64,000 nt of DNA from a virus: IMG/VR virus record IMGVR_UViG_3300033153_009458, positions 87,142-151,141 of that record; one strand, 5' to 3'. Below, piece by piece: positions 9,216 through 18,854 of the stretch (position 1 is the first letter of the stretch; each line of letters opens with the position of its first letter). A program made the position numbers and the translations under genes. The notes under the pieces were generated by a model, which was given only the letters and a program-made list of their open reading frames with translations, made no database searches and was not told where the DNA came from.

Positions 9216-10237
9216 AACGTAATTATTTTTCACTTGTCCATCTTTTTTCATTTTCGGCGTATTCTTCAAACAGCCGGGTTACATCGTAGAAAGTTTGTTT
9301 TTCAACGACTAATAGAATTTGACCTTTTTCCAGTCCATCTAATTCTACATCAGGTTCAAAATGATGCGTATTTTTGAAGTCCAGCCAAGCATCATAATCG
9401 AATGTATATGGTATCGCTTCGGACCAAGGTAAGTCTTGAAGATCATCTTCGGCAATCAATTTATCAGTTTCAGAAATTTGTACGTACACAACATCTTCAG
9501 AACATTCAAAACCAGTGTCATCAACTGTAATTAAATAAGCTTTTGCCATTTTGTTTCCTACGTGTAATAACCAGTTAACAAATTTCTGAATGTAAACATG
9601 TTATCATTCAGTTCACGAACAACGTCTGAAAGTTCATCTTCAACAGATTCATAGCCGTTTGTTTTACCGAGTTTTAGTTGAACTAATAAACTATTAGCCA
9701 ATTTTTCCATCATATCGGCACGTAAAATAACGTCCGGGTGTCCGTTCAGTTCAGAAACTCTTTTTCCTTTTTCTTCCGGGGTTACTAAACAACCATGCAT
9801 TCGCATCAATGATTTTAACTCATCAACGATTTCCTGTTCAGTTACATCGTCTTTAAGGTCATCATAATTACTGCAAAAACTAGCATCGAATATATCACAA
9901 ATTGTTCCAAACGACAGTGCATCAAGTTCTTCTTCTGTGTATAAATCTACTGGCATTTTGTCTCCTTTGGGGACCATAGACCTTCGTTAAAACGTTTACG
10001 TGATGGTACAAACACCGGGAACCAAACAGGCCCGGTCTTACTGTAATGAACTTCGCATTTATTCCAATGGGTTTCGAACGTTCCATCTTCGTGAATTGTA
10101 TACGCCATTTTAAATTCGTAGTACGTGTCGTGATTCAATGCGATGTGCTGTGCTAACCGAGTTTCACCGGGATGTGGATTCATGATATACAAATTATGTT
10201 CTTTTTTCATAAATCGAATGAACTTACCGGGTGTCAT

Positions 10238-10387
10238 TTATCCTCTTAACTCGTGTTTGCATTTAGGACAAAAAATGTATTTTCCAAGTCTACTATCATA
10301 ATATTCTATTGGTGTGTTTATAGCTGTCAATTCAATATGATCACCGGGTTTTTCATCTACTTCTTTTCCGCATTTGTCACAGGTCAT
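10238..10387 (-). CDS. 49-aa zinc-finger protein (not in ORF track)
   Basis: MTCDKCGK...FCPKCKHELRG; SD AAGGA; fills the gap between neighbours. Confidence 0.6.
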   Translation of the reverse strand: MTCDKCGKEVDEKPGDHIELTAINTPIEYYDSRLGKYIFCPKCKHELRG

Positions 10388-10679
10388 TTTTTTCCTTAAT
10401 GAGAGATTCCGGCAACGTAATCACCGTCATTGTGATATTTCATGTGATTCACATAGCCTTTCGAGTTTTTTCCTTTGATAAGAACATCAGGATTTTTACG
10501 ACCAATTAACTTCTTAATGCGTTTACCTCTAGCTAAGAATTCTTTTGTTGCTTTTTCGATGTCTATTTCATCTACTGTGGCCATTCTTGTTCTAAGAACT
10601 TCTGGAAGTTCTTTTACACCAGCACCGTCTTCCGGTTTATTTTCAGAGAAAAGTTTAGTCATTGTGTCTCCTTAAAGGG

Positions 10680-10745
10680 TTTGAAGAAATTTCTGACTCA
10701 TTACAATTTAATACTACGGGTATAAAATCACTCTGTCAAGAAGAA
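10680..10745 (-). promoter_or_regulatory. Early promoter repeat, copy B
   Basis: TTGACA-gagtgattttatacccg-TAGTAT; downstream aattgtaatgagt shared with copy A. Confidence 0.75.
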
Positions 10746-11493
10746 TCTTTTTAGTCTCTTTAAATTTTTGAATATATTTTGATTTTATCATTTGGTAGCA
10801 TCCAATGAAAAACACTTTCATTGTGTGTTACACCCCACAATTTTGCATCTTTACAATGTTCAGTAATATCACTTTTGTCTTTTGTGATGATCAGCCACCA
10901 ATCACGACCGTCATCAAAACAATCTTTGTATTCTATGACATCCAGAGCTTTGACAATTTTTGTGTATTCTATTTCAACGTAACAATCAAAAATGTTTTTA
11001 CTCATTGAGTCTCCTAGAGTTTAGCCGCTTTACTCATTAATCGGTAAAGCCCGATTGAAGTAAGATCAGGATCAGGATCATACAATAGTTCTTCAATGAC
11101 ATTCAACAAACCAGCTTCTACACATTCACTATGCCTAGAACCGTGTTTGATTAAATGTTTTATCGCTTCGAGAAGTTCTTTTTCTTTACGAGATCTGGAC
11201 ATTTTGTGTCTCCTAGTTCAAATTTGAAAGAGTGCTGTGCTCAACCAGTTCGTTAATTCTGTCACTTTCTATCATATGTCTTATGTGCCGCCTAGCATCA
11301 GCGGACCAAGCGAAGTTTGAAGTATCGTAATCGTAATACTTACCACCCCACTTAAATGAAAAATTTCCGTGGCATTTAACACCACAATCATAAAAAGAAC
11401 CATAATATCTGACAAACTCGATTTCACCGATTTCAACTTCATTCAGAAAAACTTTTTTGCCTTTTATCTTTACTTTGTTTTCCATTTGTTTCC

Positions 11494-11575
11494 TTTCGAA
11501 GGGGTTTTTTCTTATCAATTACACTTTTAATATGCGCCTTCAAAACAACTATGTCAAGAAAAAAACGTAATTATT
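11494..11575 (-). promoter_or_regulatory. Early promoter repeat, copy C
   Basis: TTGACA-tagttgttttgaaggcg-CATATT. Confidence 0.8.
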
Positions 11576-11577
11576 TT

Positions 11578-11949
11578 TTAATCTAAATATGCTGGATTTT
11601 TAATTGTTTGCCATTTAGGTTTCTTTTTAAAGTATCGGTGTTGTTTTATTTTATTTTTTGATTTAGTTTTGATGTAAACAGGATACTTACGTGTTTTGGG
11701 ATATGGATTACCAAGCAATACAAAATTTTTAGAATTACTAATTAAAATAAAATCAGTGCAAATTGTTCTACATAATCCTTCTAAACTTTTCCAAGCTGAG
11801 TAATCAAATTTTTGATTATATTTTTCAAATAATAATTTATGAGCATTAGCGTGATCTTTGATTGATAAAAATTTTAGGTTTGACTTATCATCAGTTCCAC
11901 CCATATGTTTAGGGACTATATGATGTACGTGATAAGTAGTGTTATGCAT
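11578..11949 (-). CDS. HNH homing endonuclease-like protein
   Basis: HHIVPKHMGGTDDKSNL...DHANAH. Confidence 0.8.
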   Translation of the reverse strand: MHNTTYHVHHIVPKHMGGTDDKSNLKFLSIKDHANAHKLLFEKYNQKFDYSAWKSLEGLCRTICTDFILISNSKNFVLLGNPYPKTRKYPVYIKTKSKNKIKQHRYFKKKPKWQTIKNPAYLD

Positions 11950-12013
11950 GACTGTTCTCCTTAATAGAATAGTTGTGTTCGAAGACAGCGTTTTACATGA
12001 ACGTTGTCTTTTT

Positions 12014-12021
12014 TATTTATA
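12014..12021 (-). promoter_or_regulatory. T4-type late promoter
   Basis: TATAAATA upstream of the HNH gene. Confidence 0.6.
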
Positions 12022-12150
12022 GTTTTGGTATAAAAATTGAATGTATTAATATAAACAGCTTTGAATAATGAAAAATGCTGTTTTATGGTACATGTTTGGC
12101 CTATTTTGGTTATAAAAATTGATTTAAATTAATTCAGTGTGCCATATTTG

Positions 12151-12202
12151 CACTCGCCTAATTTAGGGAGTGAACTAATCTTGCTTAATATAAGGAGAAG
12201 CA
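12151..12202 (+). promoter_or_regulatory. ROSE-like RNA thermometer in the hsp20 leader
   Basis: Hairpin 1 CACTC-G-CCTA/TAGG-GAGTG; hairpin 2 CUU-G-CUUA-AUA-UAAGGAG pairs the UUGCU motif with the SD, leaving G bulged. Confidence 0.65.
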
Positions 12203-12625
12203 ATGAAACGTAATATTTTATACCCGTACGTAATCGACAACGCTTTGAGTAGATTTTTCAAAGAGTTTGAACCTTTCATTAATACAGTTGACAGGATGAC
12301 AAAATACCCACCGTACAACATCGTGCGAGTAGATGACGATAATTATACTCTTGAAATGGCTGTAGCCGGATTCGAGAAGGATGAAATTGACATCACTTGG
12401 AAGAAAGATACCCACGAACTTTGGGTTGAAGGTAAGAAGAAAGACGATGAAAAAGAACCTGAGTATATACACCGTGGGATCGCTGGAAGGGGGTTTAAAA
12501 CGAAACTTCCAATCGCTAAAGACATCGAGCCTAGAGAAACCAAATTCGAAAATGGGATGCTTACAATGCGTTTTAAGCGTGTAATTCCAGAAGATAAACA
12601 GTCCGTAAAGATCAAAATTGACTAA
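12203..12625 (+). CDS. Small heat-shock protein, Hsp20/IbpA family
   Basis: YPPYNI, LEMAVAGF, YIHRGIAGRGF, FENGML. Confidence 0.95.
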   Translation: MKRNILYPYVIDNALSRFFKEFEPFINTVDRMTKYPPYNIVRVDDDNYTLEMAVAGFEKDEIDITWKKDTHELWVEGKKKDDEKEPEYIHRGIAGRGFKTKLPIAKDIEPRETKFENGMLTMRFKRVIPEDKQSVKIKID

Positions 12626-12629
12626 CCAT

Positions 12630-12682
12630 TTTGACCTGTGTATAAAGCACGAATACGTCAAATGGCTTATACACAGGCCAAA
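12630..12682 (+). terminator. Long hairpin downstream of hsp20
   Basis: TTTGACCTGTGTATAA..GC / GCTTATACACAGGCCAAA inverted repeat followed by a T-run. Confidence 0.5.
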
Positions 12683-12692
12683 CGATTTTTTC

Positions 12693-12721
12693 TTGACAGA
12701 GTTATTCAATAAGTTCATATT
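12693..12721 (+). promoter_or_regulatory. Early promoter repeat, copy D
   Basis: TTGACA-gagttattcaataagtt-CATATT. Confidence 0.7.
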
Positions 12722-12727
12722 GTAAAT

Positions 12728-13021
12728 ATGGAAAAATATTATTATTTTTTTTATGGAATTGATTCTGGTCCGAGTGCTGGTGTATGGATGAATAAATTTG
12801 AAAACACTGATAAAGGATCTTCATACTACCTTTGGCAAAAACCCGCTGAAGATTGTTCTGATGATGATTTAATTGATTGTTTTAGGTATATTAAAAATCA
12901 AAGTAATTATAATGCCCAATGGAAACAAATACACGGAAAAACTCATTTCGAACACTGCAAAGAAATCCTACCTGAAAGTAAAAAATACATTATACATATT
13001 CTTGAATTTATAGACTTATAA
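12728..13021 (+). CDS. Hypothetical early protein
   Basis: ORF directly behind promoter D. Confidence 0.55.
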   Translation: MEKYYYFFYGIDSGPSAGVWMNKFENTDKGSSYYLWQKPAEDCSDDDLIDCFRYIKNQSNYNAQWKQIHGKTHFEHCKEILPESKKYIIHILEFIDL

Positions 13022-13037
13022 TAATTACATTTTTTCC

Positions 13038-13100
13038 TTGACAGAGTGATTTTAAAGGCACATATTAAAGGTGTACTCAGTTGATAAAACCTTTCAAAAG
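13038..13100 (+). promoter_or_regulatory. Early promoter repeat, copy E
   Basis: TTGACA-gagtgattttaaaggca-CATATT-aaaggtgta. Confidence 0.8.
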
Positions 13101-13108
13101 GAAACAAA

Positions 13109-13560
13109 ATGATCAAATACAAAGGATATGGCATTTACCGGAATTCAAAAACAGTGTGGAAACACAATAAAATATCCGGGCATAGTTGGCCTGAAAGTAT
13201 TCCTTTGAAATCTTTTTATATTTCTGGATCTGGTGCCAGTGTAAATGATAGATTCATGAAAGTCGAAAAAGCCAAAGAGCACATTGATTATATTATTAAA
13301 TTTAAACTTTTTAATAAGGAATCAGTATGAACAACATGACAACTAAAAACGGATACATCGTACGAAAAAATCACCTAGAAGGTGATGCAATTTGTCTGAA
13401 TTGTAAATCCTGTTATGTTGTCAATGGCCTTTTTCTTTGTGGTCGAAACTCTGGTTCAGTGTCATTAATTGGATGTTGTAGTAAATTTGAACCTATTGAC
13501 GTAAGCACAATGATTGATCGTATCAATAGTCTTGATGGAAAATGGAACGAAGATAACTAA
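13109..13560 (+). other. Two small hypothetical genes (13109-13330; 13327-13560, Cys-rich)
   Basis: ORFs with SD sites behind promoter E. Confidence 0.55.
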
Positions 13561-13570
13561 AAGGATAAAA

Positions 13571-13846
13571 ATGGCAACAGATATAGTTACGATGCAGATG
13601 TGTTCTGATTTAGAACATTACAAAAATTTCGAAATCAACGGTCATTCAATTTTTTACGATGGTCATGAAAATCACTTCAAATGTGATTGTACAGGATTTA
13701 AATTCAGAAAACATTGTAAACATATAATCGAAGTTATGAATACTATGTGTTCTTGGCACGAGCAGTATTCAGATGCGCCGATTGTAACAGACGGTGTTTG
13801 TCCGAAATGCGGTAAAGAAACTATTTATGTCCGAGTTGCTGTTTAA
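13571..13846 (+). CDS. SWIM zinc-finger protein (start likely MATDIV)
   Basis: CDCTGFKFRKHCKH plus C-terminal CPKC; SD AAAGGA before ATG 13571. Confidence 0.7.
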   Translation: MATDIVTMQMCSDLEHYKNFEINGHSIFYDGHENHFKCDCTGFKFRKHCKHIIEVMNTMCSWHEQYSDAPIVTDGVCPKCGKETIYVRVAV

Positions 13847-13869
13847 CCAAAAGGGGCTGGCTTTTTTTC

Positions 13870-13932
13870 TTGACAGAATGATCTTAAAGGAACATATTAA
13901 AGGTGTAGTCAATTGATAAAACCCTTCCAACT
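13870..13932 (+). promoter_or_regulatory. Early promoter repeat, copy F
   Basis: TTGACA-gaatgatcttaaaggaa-CATATT-aaaggtgta. Confidence 0.8.
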
Positions 13933-13941
13933 GGAGACAAA

Positions 13942-14762
13942 ATGGTAAATTTTTTATATTTGTTTAGAGAAGAACACACTTATTCTGATGATGATCCGAG
14001 ATATTATGTTCGATCAGAAAAAAGATTTCGTGAAATTACACCAGAAATTTATGATGGTTTTTTAGATCGAATTTCTGAAAATGAATCTAAAATGGTTATC
14101 AGAGACGATGATGCTGGTTATAATACAGTAACAACGTTTTTTGAAGATTTTCATTTTTTACCATTAGAGTGTTTAATTGACATCATGAAAATATATCATG
14201 AAGATTACCATAATTCTTTTTCTCTTATTAAAAAAACCTTATTTAAATAAAAGGAAAAATGTGGATTAAAATCTGTGATCATTGTCAGAAACCATTCATT
14301 GATGGTGGATGGTTTCTGAATCTCAATAATGACAAAAAAAATCCGCTTAAATACGACATGCATTTTCACAATGATTGTTTTTTGCTTTCTGATAAGGTGC
14401 CGAACGATCAGAAAATTGCAGCTGTTAAAGAGCATCCAGAAAGATACACAAATTTAAATAAACTCACAGCCCCGTACGAATTAATGGATTTATAGGAGAA
14501 AAAAATGCCATCTAACAACGAAATAGATTATACAGATAAACACGCTTTTATGGATATTTTGGATTATGAATTTAATAGTTTTTTAGAAAGATATAAAAAT
14601 TATGGTGGCGAATTTATATCCAAAGAAGAAATGAGAGGTATTTGTCATGGTTTATATTTAGCAAAAAAAGATTTCAAGAGTTTCTTTTATGAAATCAAAG
14701 ATAAAAAACCGTACAAGAAAAGGCATCCGAGATCCTTTCATATCCCGTGGATAAAAAATTAA
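13942..14762 (+). other. Three small hypothetical genes (13942-14250, 14259-14495, 14505-14762)
   Basis: ORFs with SD sites; the middle one has CxxC...HxxC. Confidence 0.55.
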
Positions 14763-14780
14763 AATAATTTCATTTTTTTG

Positions 14781-14842
14781 TTGACATAGTTGTTTTGAAG
14801 GCGCATATTATAGGTGTATTGAGTGAGAAAACTCTTTCAAAA
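14781..14842 (+). promoter_or_regulatory. Early promoter repeat, copy G
   Basis: TTGACA-tagttgttttgaaggcg-CATATT; spacer identical to copy C. Confidence 0.8.
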
Positions 14843-14862
14843 ACCCTTGATTAGGAGACATC

Positions 14863-15390
14863 ATGGATGACATGTATAAAAGATACTACGGCGACAAATA
14901 CGACACTTCATTAGGAATCAAAGATATTGCCAAATTGGTTCGTGCTGACATCAAAACCGCTGTTAAAGAAAAGCGGATCGTCGATGGTAAATACTCTGTC
15001 AGGATTGAGCGGTATTCTGGTGGTTGCGCCTTACATGTGTATCTCAAAAATTGTAAAGTCAACATGCTGAATGTTTGGGCTGTAAAATTCAGCGAAGAAA
15101 GTCCTTATGTGAATTCAGGTCGAATGCCGAAAGAACACCCGGCTTACGGACGTTATACCCCTTTTGTTACTAAGACTTTTGAAGAACTGAAAGACATCTG
15201 TGATGCGTACAATCACGATGGTAGTAACTCCATGATTGATTATTTCGACGTTAACTTTTATGCACACATCGGTATCTGGTGGGAAGACGAATCCGCCGAA
15301 AGAGATATGCTGATAGAAAAATCCAAGACTTTAGAATGGCCGAAAGCTTGGAAAAATTACTTCGAAATTGAAGATTTCAGAAACCTGTAA
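14863..15390 (+). CDS. LPD29-like domain protein
   Basis: IAKLVRADIK..KYSVR..YSGG ... YNHDGSNSMIDYFDVNFY pattern. Confidence 0.55.
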   Translation: MDDMYKRYYGDKYDTSLGIKDIAKLVRADIKTAVKEKRIVDGKYSVRIERYSGGCALHVYLKNCKVNMLNVWAVKFSEESPYVNSGRMPKEHPAYGRYTPFVTKTFEELKDICDAYNHDGSNSMIDYFDVNFYAHIGIWWEDESAERDMLIEKSKTLEWPKAWKNYFEIEDFRNL

Positions 15391-15402
15391 TCGGTTAAAA
15401 CT

Positions 15403-15663
15403 ATGTGGGTTGATATTGATAGTCACAAATCTTTGGCTTCGCTAAAAAAAGGTGACAAAATTAGATACGCTATGCACAACGATGACGATTTCAGCAAATT
15501 TATAATTTCTGAAGTTGAGGATTTAGGAAATAATGCGTATCGACTGTACTTGAAAAAAAGCATAATCTCAATAGACGTTGAATATCTCTTGATTAATAAA
15601 CCAACAGGTTACAGTATACCGAAAGATGGTTCGTACAGATTATTTTTGCACAAAAAAATATAA
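15403..15663 (+). CDS. Hypothetical protein
   Basis: ORF track. Confidence 0.5.
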   Translation: MWVDIDSHKSLASLKKGDKIRYAMHNDDDFSKFIISEVEDLGNNAYRLYLKKSIISIDVEYLLINKPTGYSIPKDGSYRLFLHKKI

Positions 15664-15674
15664 CGGTTAAAACC

Positions 15675-16115
15675 ATGACCACTACTTTCATTGGCGAAAA
15701 TTTCAATCACGAATACGATGCGGTTGAAATAGCCGCAAAAATTCGAAAAGAGATCTGGAGAAAGGTTGGTATATCGGAATTGCCGGATTACAAATACACC
15801 GTCCGCACGAAACGAAAAACGGATATGTACGAAAACGGCTTAAGAAAAGGTGATGAATATTTTAACTACGAATGGTCGGATCATATCTTTGTTTATATCC
15901 GTGATTCCGGCGATCTCGATCTGTACAAATACCGTGATGAAGATGTTGACGGTGATTACACCGATCACGCAAAAAATGTTTTAAAAGAAATTATGAAAAT
16001 CATGAAGAGTTACAATTACCGAGCTGTTAAAGGTACAAAAGTGTTCACCCGGTTTGAAATGGTTACAGGTATTTCAGCTGTATGGATCAGAAATTTCGCA
16101 AAGCATACGAGTTAA
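15675..16115 (+). CDS. Divergent paralogue of 14863..15390
   Basis: Shares IAAKIRKEI..KYTVR, YT..AK.VL.EI..I...YN. Confidence 0.5.
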   Translation: MTTTFIGENFNHEYDAVEIAAKIRKEIWRKVGISELPDYKYTVRTKRKTDMYENGLRKGDEYFNYEWSDHIFVYIRDSGDLDLYKYRDEDVDGDYTDHAKNVLKEIMKIMKSYNYRAVKGTKVFTRFEMVTGISAVWIRNFAKHTS

Positions 16116-16327
16116 AAATGCCACCACCCGGAAAACTTGAAGGTTATGTTAATGTAAATTGTAAACAATACGATAGCCGTGTTGGTTTGTGCAATAAGAA
16201 AGACAAAAAATTTGGTGTTTTTAGAAGAGGATGTGAAGAATTAAAACCTACTAAGACTTGTGATATAGCTGAACGATATCCAAGACCTAAGATTTATTCG
16301 TCAAATCACGTACTGAAGAGTTTTTAA
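16082..16327 (+). CDS. Small Cys-containing hypothetical protein
   Basis: ORF track. Confidence 0.4.
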   Translation: MDQKFRKAYELKMPPPGKLEGYVNVNCKQYDSRVGLCNKKDKKFGVFRRGCEELKPTKTCDIAERYPRPKIYSSNHVLKSF

Positions 16328-16430
16328 ATCATAATATAAAACCCTGCCAAACCGAAGAGGTACAGAAATGTAAAATTGGAAGCTGAAGAGCTAATAATAC
16401 CTATAAAAAATATAATCTAAGAAAAGAATA

Positions 16431-16461
16431 AAAAAAAGCCGCTAAGTGTTAGCGGCTTTTT
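16431..16461. terminator. Bidirectional rho-independent terminator
   Basis: AAAAAAAGCCGCTAA-GTG-TTAGCGGCTTTTT between convergent genes. Confidence 0.9.
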
Positions 16462-16481
16462 CTGTTAGGTATTACTTAACC

Positions 16482-18071
16482 TTATGCAAGCTGAGAATTA
16501 CTGAAATCCAGTGTCATAAGTGTATAGTAATTAGAAGTTCCCCACAAGTTATGCATAATTGCACTTCTTGTCATAGCACCGATTACCGGTTGGAAGTTCT
16601 TTTCATGTACTGTTTTTTGCAACATAACAGGTACGTATGGGCAATAAACCAGACCTGTATCGAATGCGCTCGGTCCTTTATACCCGATTAAGGCATAATC
16701 TTTGTTAGGAGCACTAGCCGGTGCAAGTGATTCAAACAGTGTATCAACATAAACTTTAAAACGTCCGTCGAGTGTTCCAACGAAAGTAAAAGTTCCTAAT
16801 TGTCCGATATCATTTCCTACATTACTGTAAGTAAAGTTATTCAGACATTCCAGAGCTGTCAAGGCATTAGTAGTAACAACGATAAAGTTACCAGCACCTT
16901 TTCTAGTTCTACGTGCAATTTGATTAGCTTCTTTTACAAGCCGTGTATACATACTTCTAAATTTCATAATCTCATCACGTCCATCAGCGGCACCAGTAAC
17001 ATTTAATTGTTCTAAAGCAGCACTAGGTTTCAGACCAGCGGCACCTTGATTACCAAATACCCATGCTCCACCATTGTAAGCATTTGCTCGCATAGTATCG
17101 ATCAACTCACGGTCGATTTCAGCTGCAATTTCTGTTTGGATTGTGTTCATAAGTTCCGCTTCAGCGTCTAAATTATGAACGGCTTTTAAATCTTGAGCCA
17201 TTTCGATTGAATATTCTGCTTTCAATTTTCGAGTCCTTGCAGTAACAGTTGCCTGTTCCAAGGTACCTTTGATTGTCGGAATATCGTCATCAGTATAACC
17301 TAATGCTTCACCTTGAGCTGTACTGTAACCATTAGCGTTTCCACCACCAGCAAAGCGTGTCAGAACCATGTTGTACAGTTGCTCGTTGTTTATAATACTG
17401 TCGTATTGAGCGGCTGTAGAAGAACCAGCTGGCCAGAAGTCAGTTGAAGCGGCGAAAGGCCGTACAGGTGTTCCATCAGAATCTTGAATGTACTCAATTA
17501 ATACTTTTGAGAATCCATTTGATTGCTCAATATAACGAACATAACCGTGATCCGCACCAGATACTTGAAGTGAACCAGCACCAGTTACATCATAAATTAC
17601 TGAACCTTTAGTTGAAGCTTCATTTGCTGCTACTTCAGTATGAAAACTCGAATAAGTTGTATCATTTACTAAAATAATAACTGAAGTAAATTCAACAACG
17701 TTTGCACTATCGCCACGATCAAGCGGTTTAGTCAAAGCATTTGTAACTTCGTTATCATTAGCACCAGCGTATCCAACTCTCCAAGCAAAAGCTTGTCCAG
17801 TAGGTCCAAGCAAAGGCTGAACACCTACTAATTGGTTAGCTAGTAAATTTGGTGCAATCCGTCTGGATACAGGCATGATGATTGGTCGGAAAATCCCCAA
17901 ATCAGCTGTTCCAGTTCCATTATCCTCAGTCAACCAATTTTTAGTATTTTCGAGAATCATGGCCATATTTTTTCTTGAACTTTTGTCAACAATCGGCTTA
18001 ACAAATGGCCCTTCGGCATCTAATGTTTTTCCCCAATTTTCAACTAAAAGTTTTTCTTCTTGTTTATCCAT
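16482..18071 (-). CDS. 23: Major capsid protein (gp23-like)
   Basis: GVQPLLGPTG, RKLKAEYSIEMAQDLKAVH, YCPYVP, FQPVIG; likely gp21 cleavage at WLTE. Confidence 0.97.
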   Translation of the reverse strand: MDKQEEKLLVENWGKTLDAEGPFVKPIVDKSSRKNMAMILENTKNWLTEDNGTGTADLGIFRPIIMPVSRRIAPNLLANQLVGVQPLLGPTGQAFAWRVGYAGANDNEVTNALTKPLDRGDSANVVEFTSVIILVNDTTYSSFHTEVAANEASTKGSVIYDVTGAGSLQVSGADHGYVRYIEQSNGFSKVLIEYIQDSDGTPVRPFAASTDFWPAGSSTAAQYDSIINNEQLYNMVLTRFAGGGNANGYSTAQGEALGYTDDDIPTIKGTLEQATVTARTRKLKAEYSIEMAQDLKAVHNLDAEAELMNTIQTEIAAEIDRELIDTMRANAYNGGAWVFGNQGAAGLKPSAALEQLNVTGAADGRDEIMKFRSMYTRLVKEANQIARRTRKGAGNFIVVTTNALTALECLNNFTYSNVGNDIGQLGTFTFVGTLDGRFKVYVDTLFESLAPASAPNKDYALIGYKGPSAFDTGLVYCPYVPVMLQKTVHEKNFQPVIGAMTRSAIMHNLWGTSNYYTLMTLDFSNSQLA

Positions 18072-18085
18072 AATCTATAACTCCT

Positions 18086-18808
18086 TTAGTTTTGTAGATA
18101 ACTTAAAATTTCGTCTTGGTCATCTTTAGATGCACTTGCAGACTCTTCTAAATTTTTGTCTTGTTGTTCTTCAAGCTCTTTATCTTTTAGATCGTCGGCA
18201 TTATCGTCATCGTCACCAGAACTATTAATAGTTTCTTTAAGTGTTTGTAATTTTGCTTCGAAAGTCTCTTCACCTTCGAATGACAATCCCTCTGCTAAAT
18301 CTTCAAACTTTTTACGTTGAGAATCAATTTGAATCGACTCACCTTTTTTCTCAATCAGTTTTGTGATTTGCATTTCCTTAAGTTTTTCTTCCAATTCAAT
18401 TTTTGCATTAACAGCATCGTTTAATTGTTCTTTTAAAGTATCAGATTGTAGTTCATCACCTACGGCATCCTCAGAAAGGACCATATTGAACTCTGAAACC
18501 AAAGATTTAAAATGTTCTAAAACTTTTTCAGCTGTTTTAACTTTCACAGATTCGTTGATCTGTTCAGTATTTTTTTCAACAAATTCGGAAGTAAACTCAT
18601 TCAGGTAATTGTCTAATTGTGTTTCTAAGAATTGTTTGTATTCTTTCAATTCTTGTGCGTTCTCATCGGCTAATTCCTCTTTGAGTTTGTCTCTTTCATC
18701 AGAAAGTTTAGTCTCCATAATAACTGCCATTTTTTCGACTACTTCTTCTGTGAAAACCTTCTCATCGAGTTTTAAGCTTTTAATGAGATCTTTAAACTCT
18801 TTATCCAT
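18086..18808 (-). CDS. 22: Prohead core scaffold protein (gp22-like)
   Basis: Acidic coiled coil, LDNYL motif, located between gp21 and gp23. Confidence 0.85.
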   Translation of the reverse strand: MDKEFKDLIKSLKLDEKVFTEEVVEKMAVIMETKLSDERDKLKEELADENAQELKEYKQFLETQLDNYLNEFTSEFVEKNTEQINESVKVKTAEKVLEHFKSLVSEFNMVLSEDAVGDELQSDTLKEQLNDAVNAKIELEEKLKEMQITKLIEKKGESIQIDSQRKKFEDLAEGLSFEGEETFEAKLQTLKETINSSGDDDDNADDLKDKELEEQQDKNLEESASASKDDQDEILSYLQN

Positions 18809-18854
18809 ATCTTAACTCCTAAAATGAATTTAGTATCTTTAATTTAATTTTTGT

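Larger units (their letters stand above)
8382..11518 (-). other. Cluster of small early hypothetical genes (8382-8675, 8676-8927, 8936-9139, 9223-9549, 9558-9977, 9947-10237, 10396-10662, 10760-11005, 11014-11202, 11213-about 11485)
   Basis: Tightly packed ORFs with SD sites behind three copies of the early promoter. Confidence 0.6.

Noticed and set aside
12218-12718. 166-aa and 90-aa antisense ORFs over hsp20, and similar shadow ORFs over gp23, gp22, gp17 and the 1384-aa gene
   Set aside because: They lie opposite well-supported genes and have no SD or recognisable motifs.
9149-14842. Dispersed 60-80-bp repeats as a possible CRISPR array or mobile-element ends
   Set aside because: Copies are separated by whole genes and each contains -35/-10 boxes; they are promoters.
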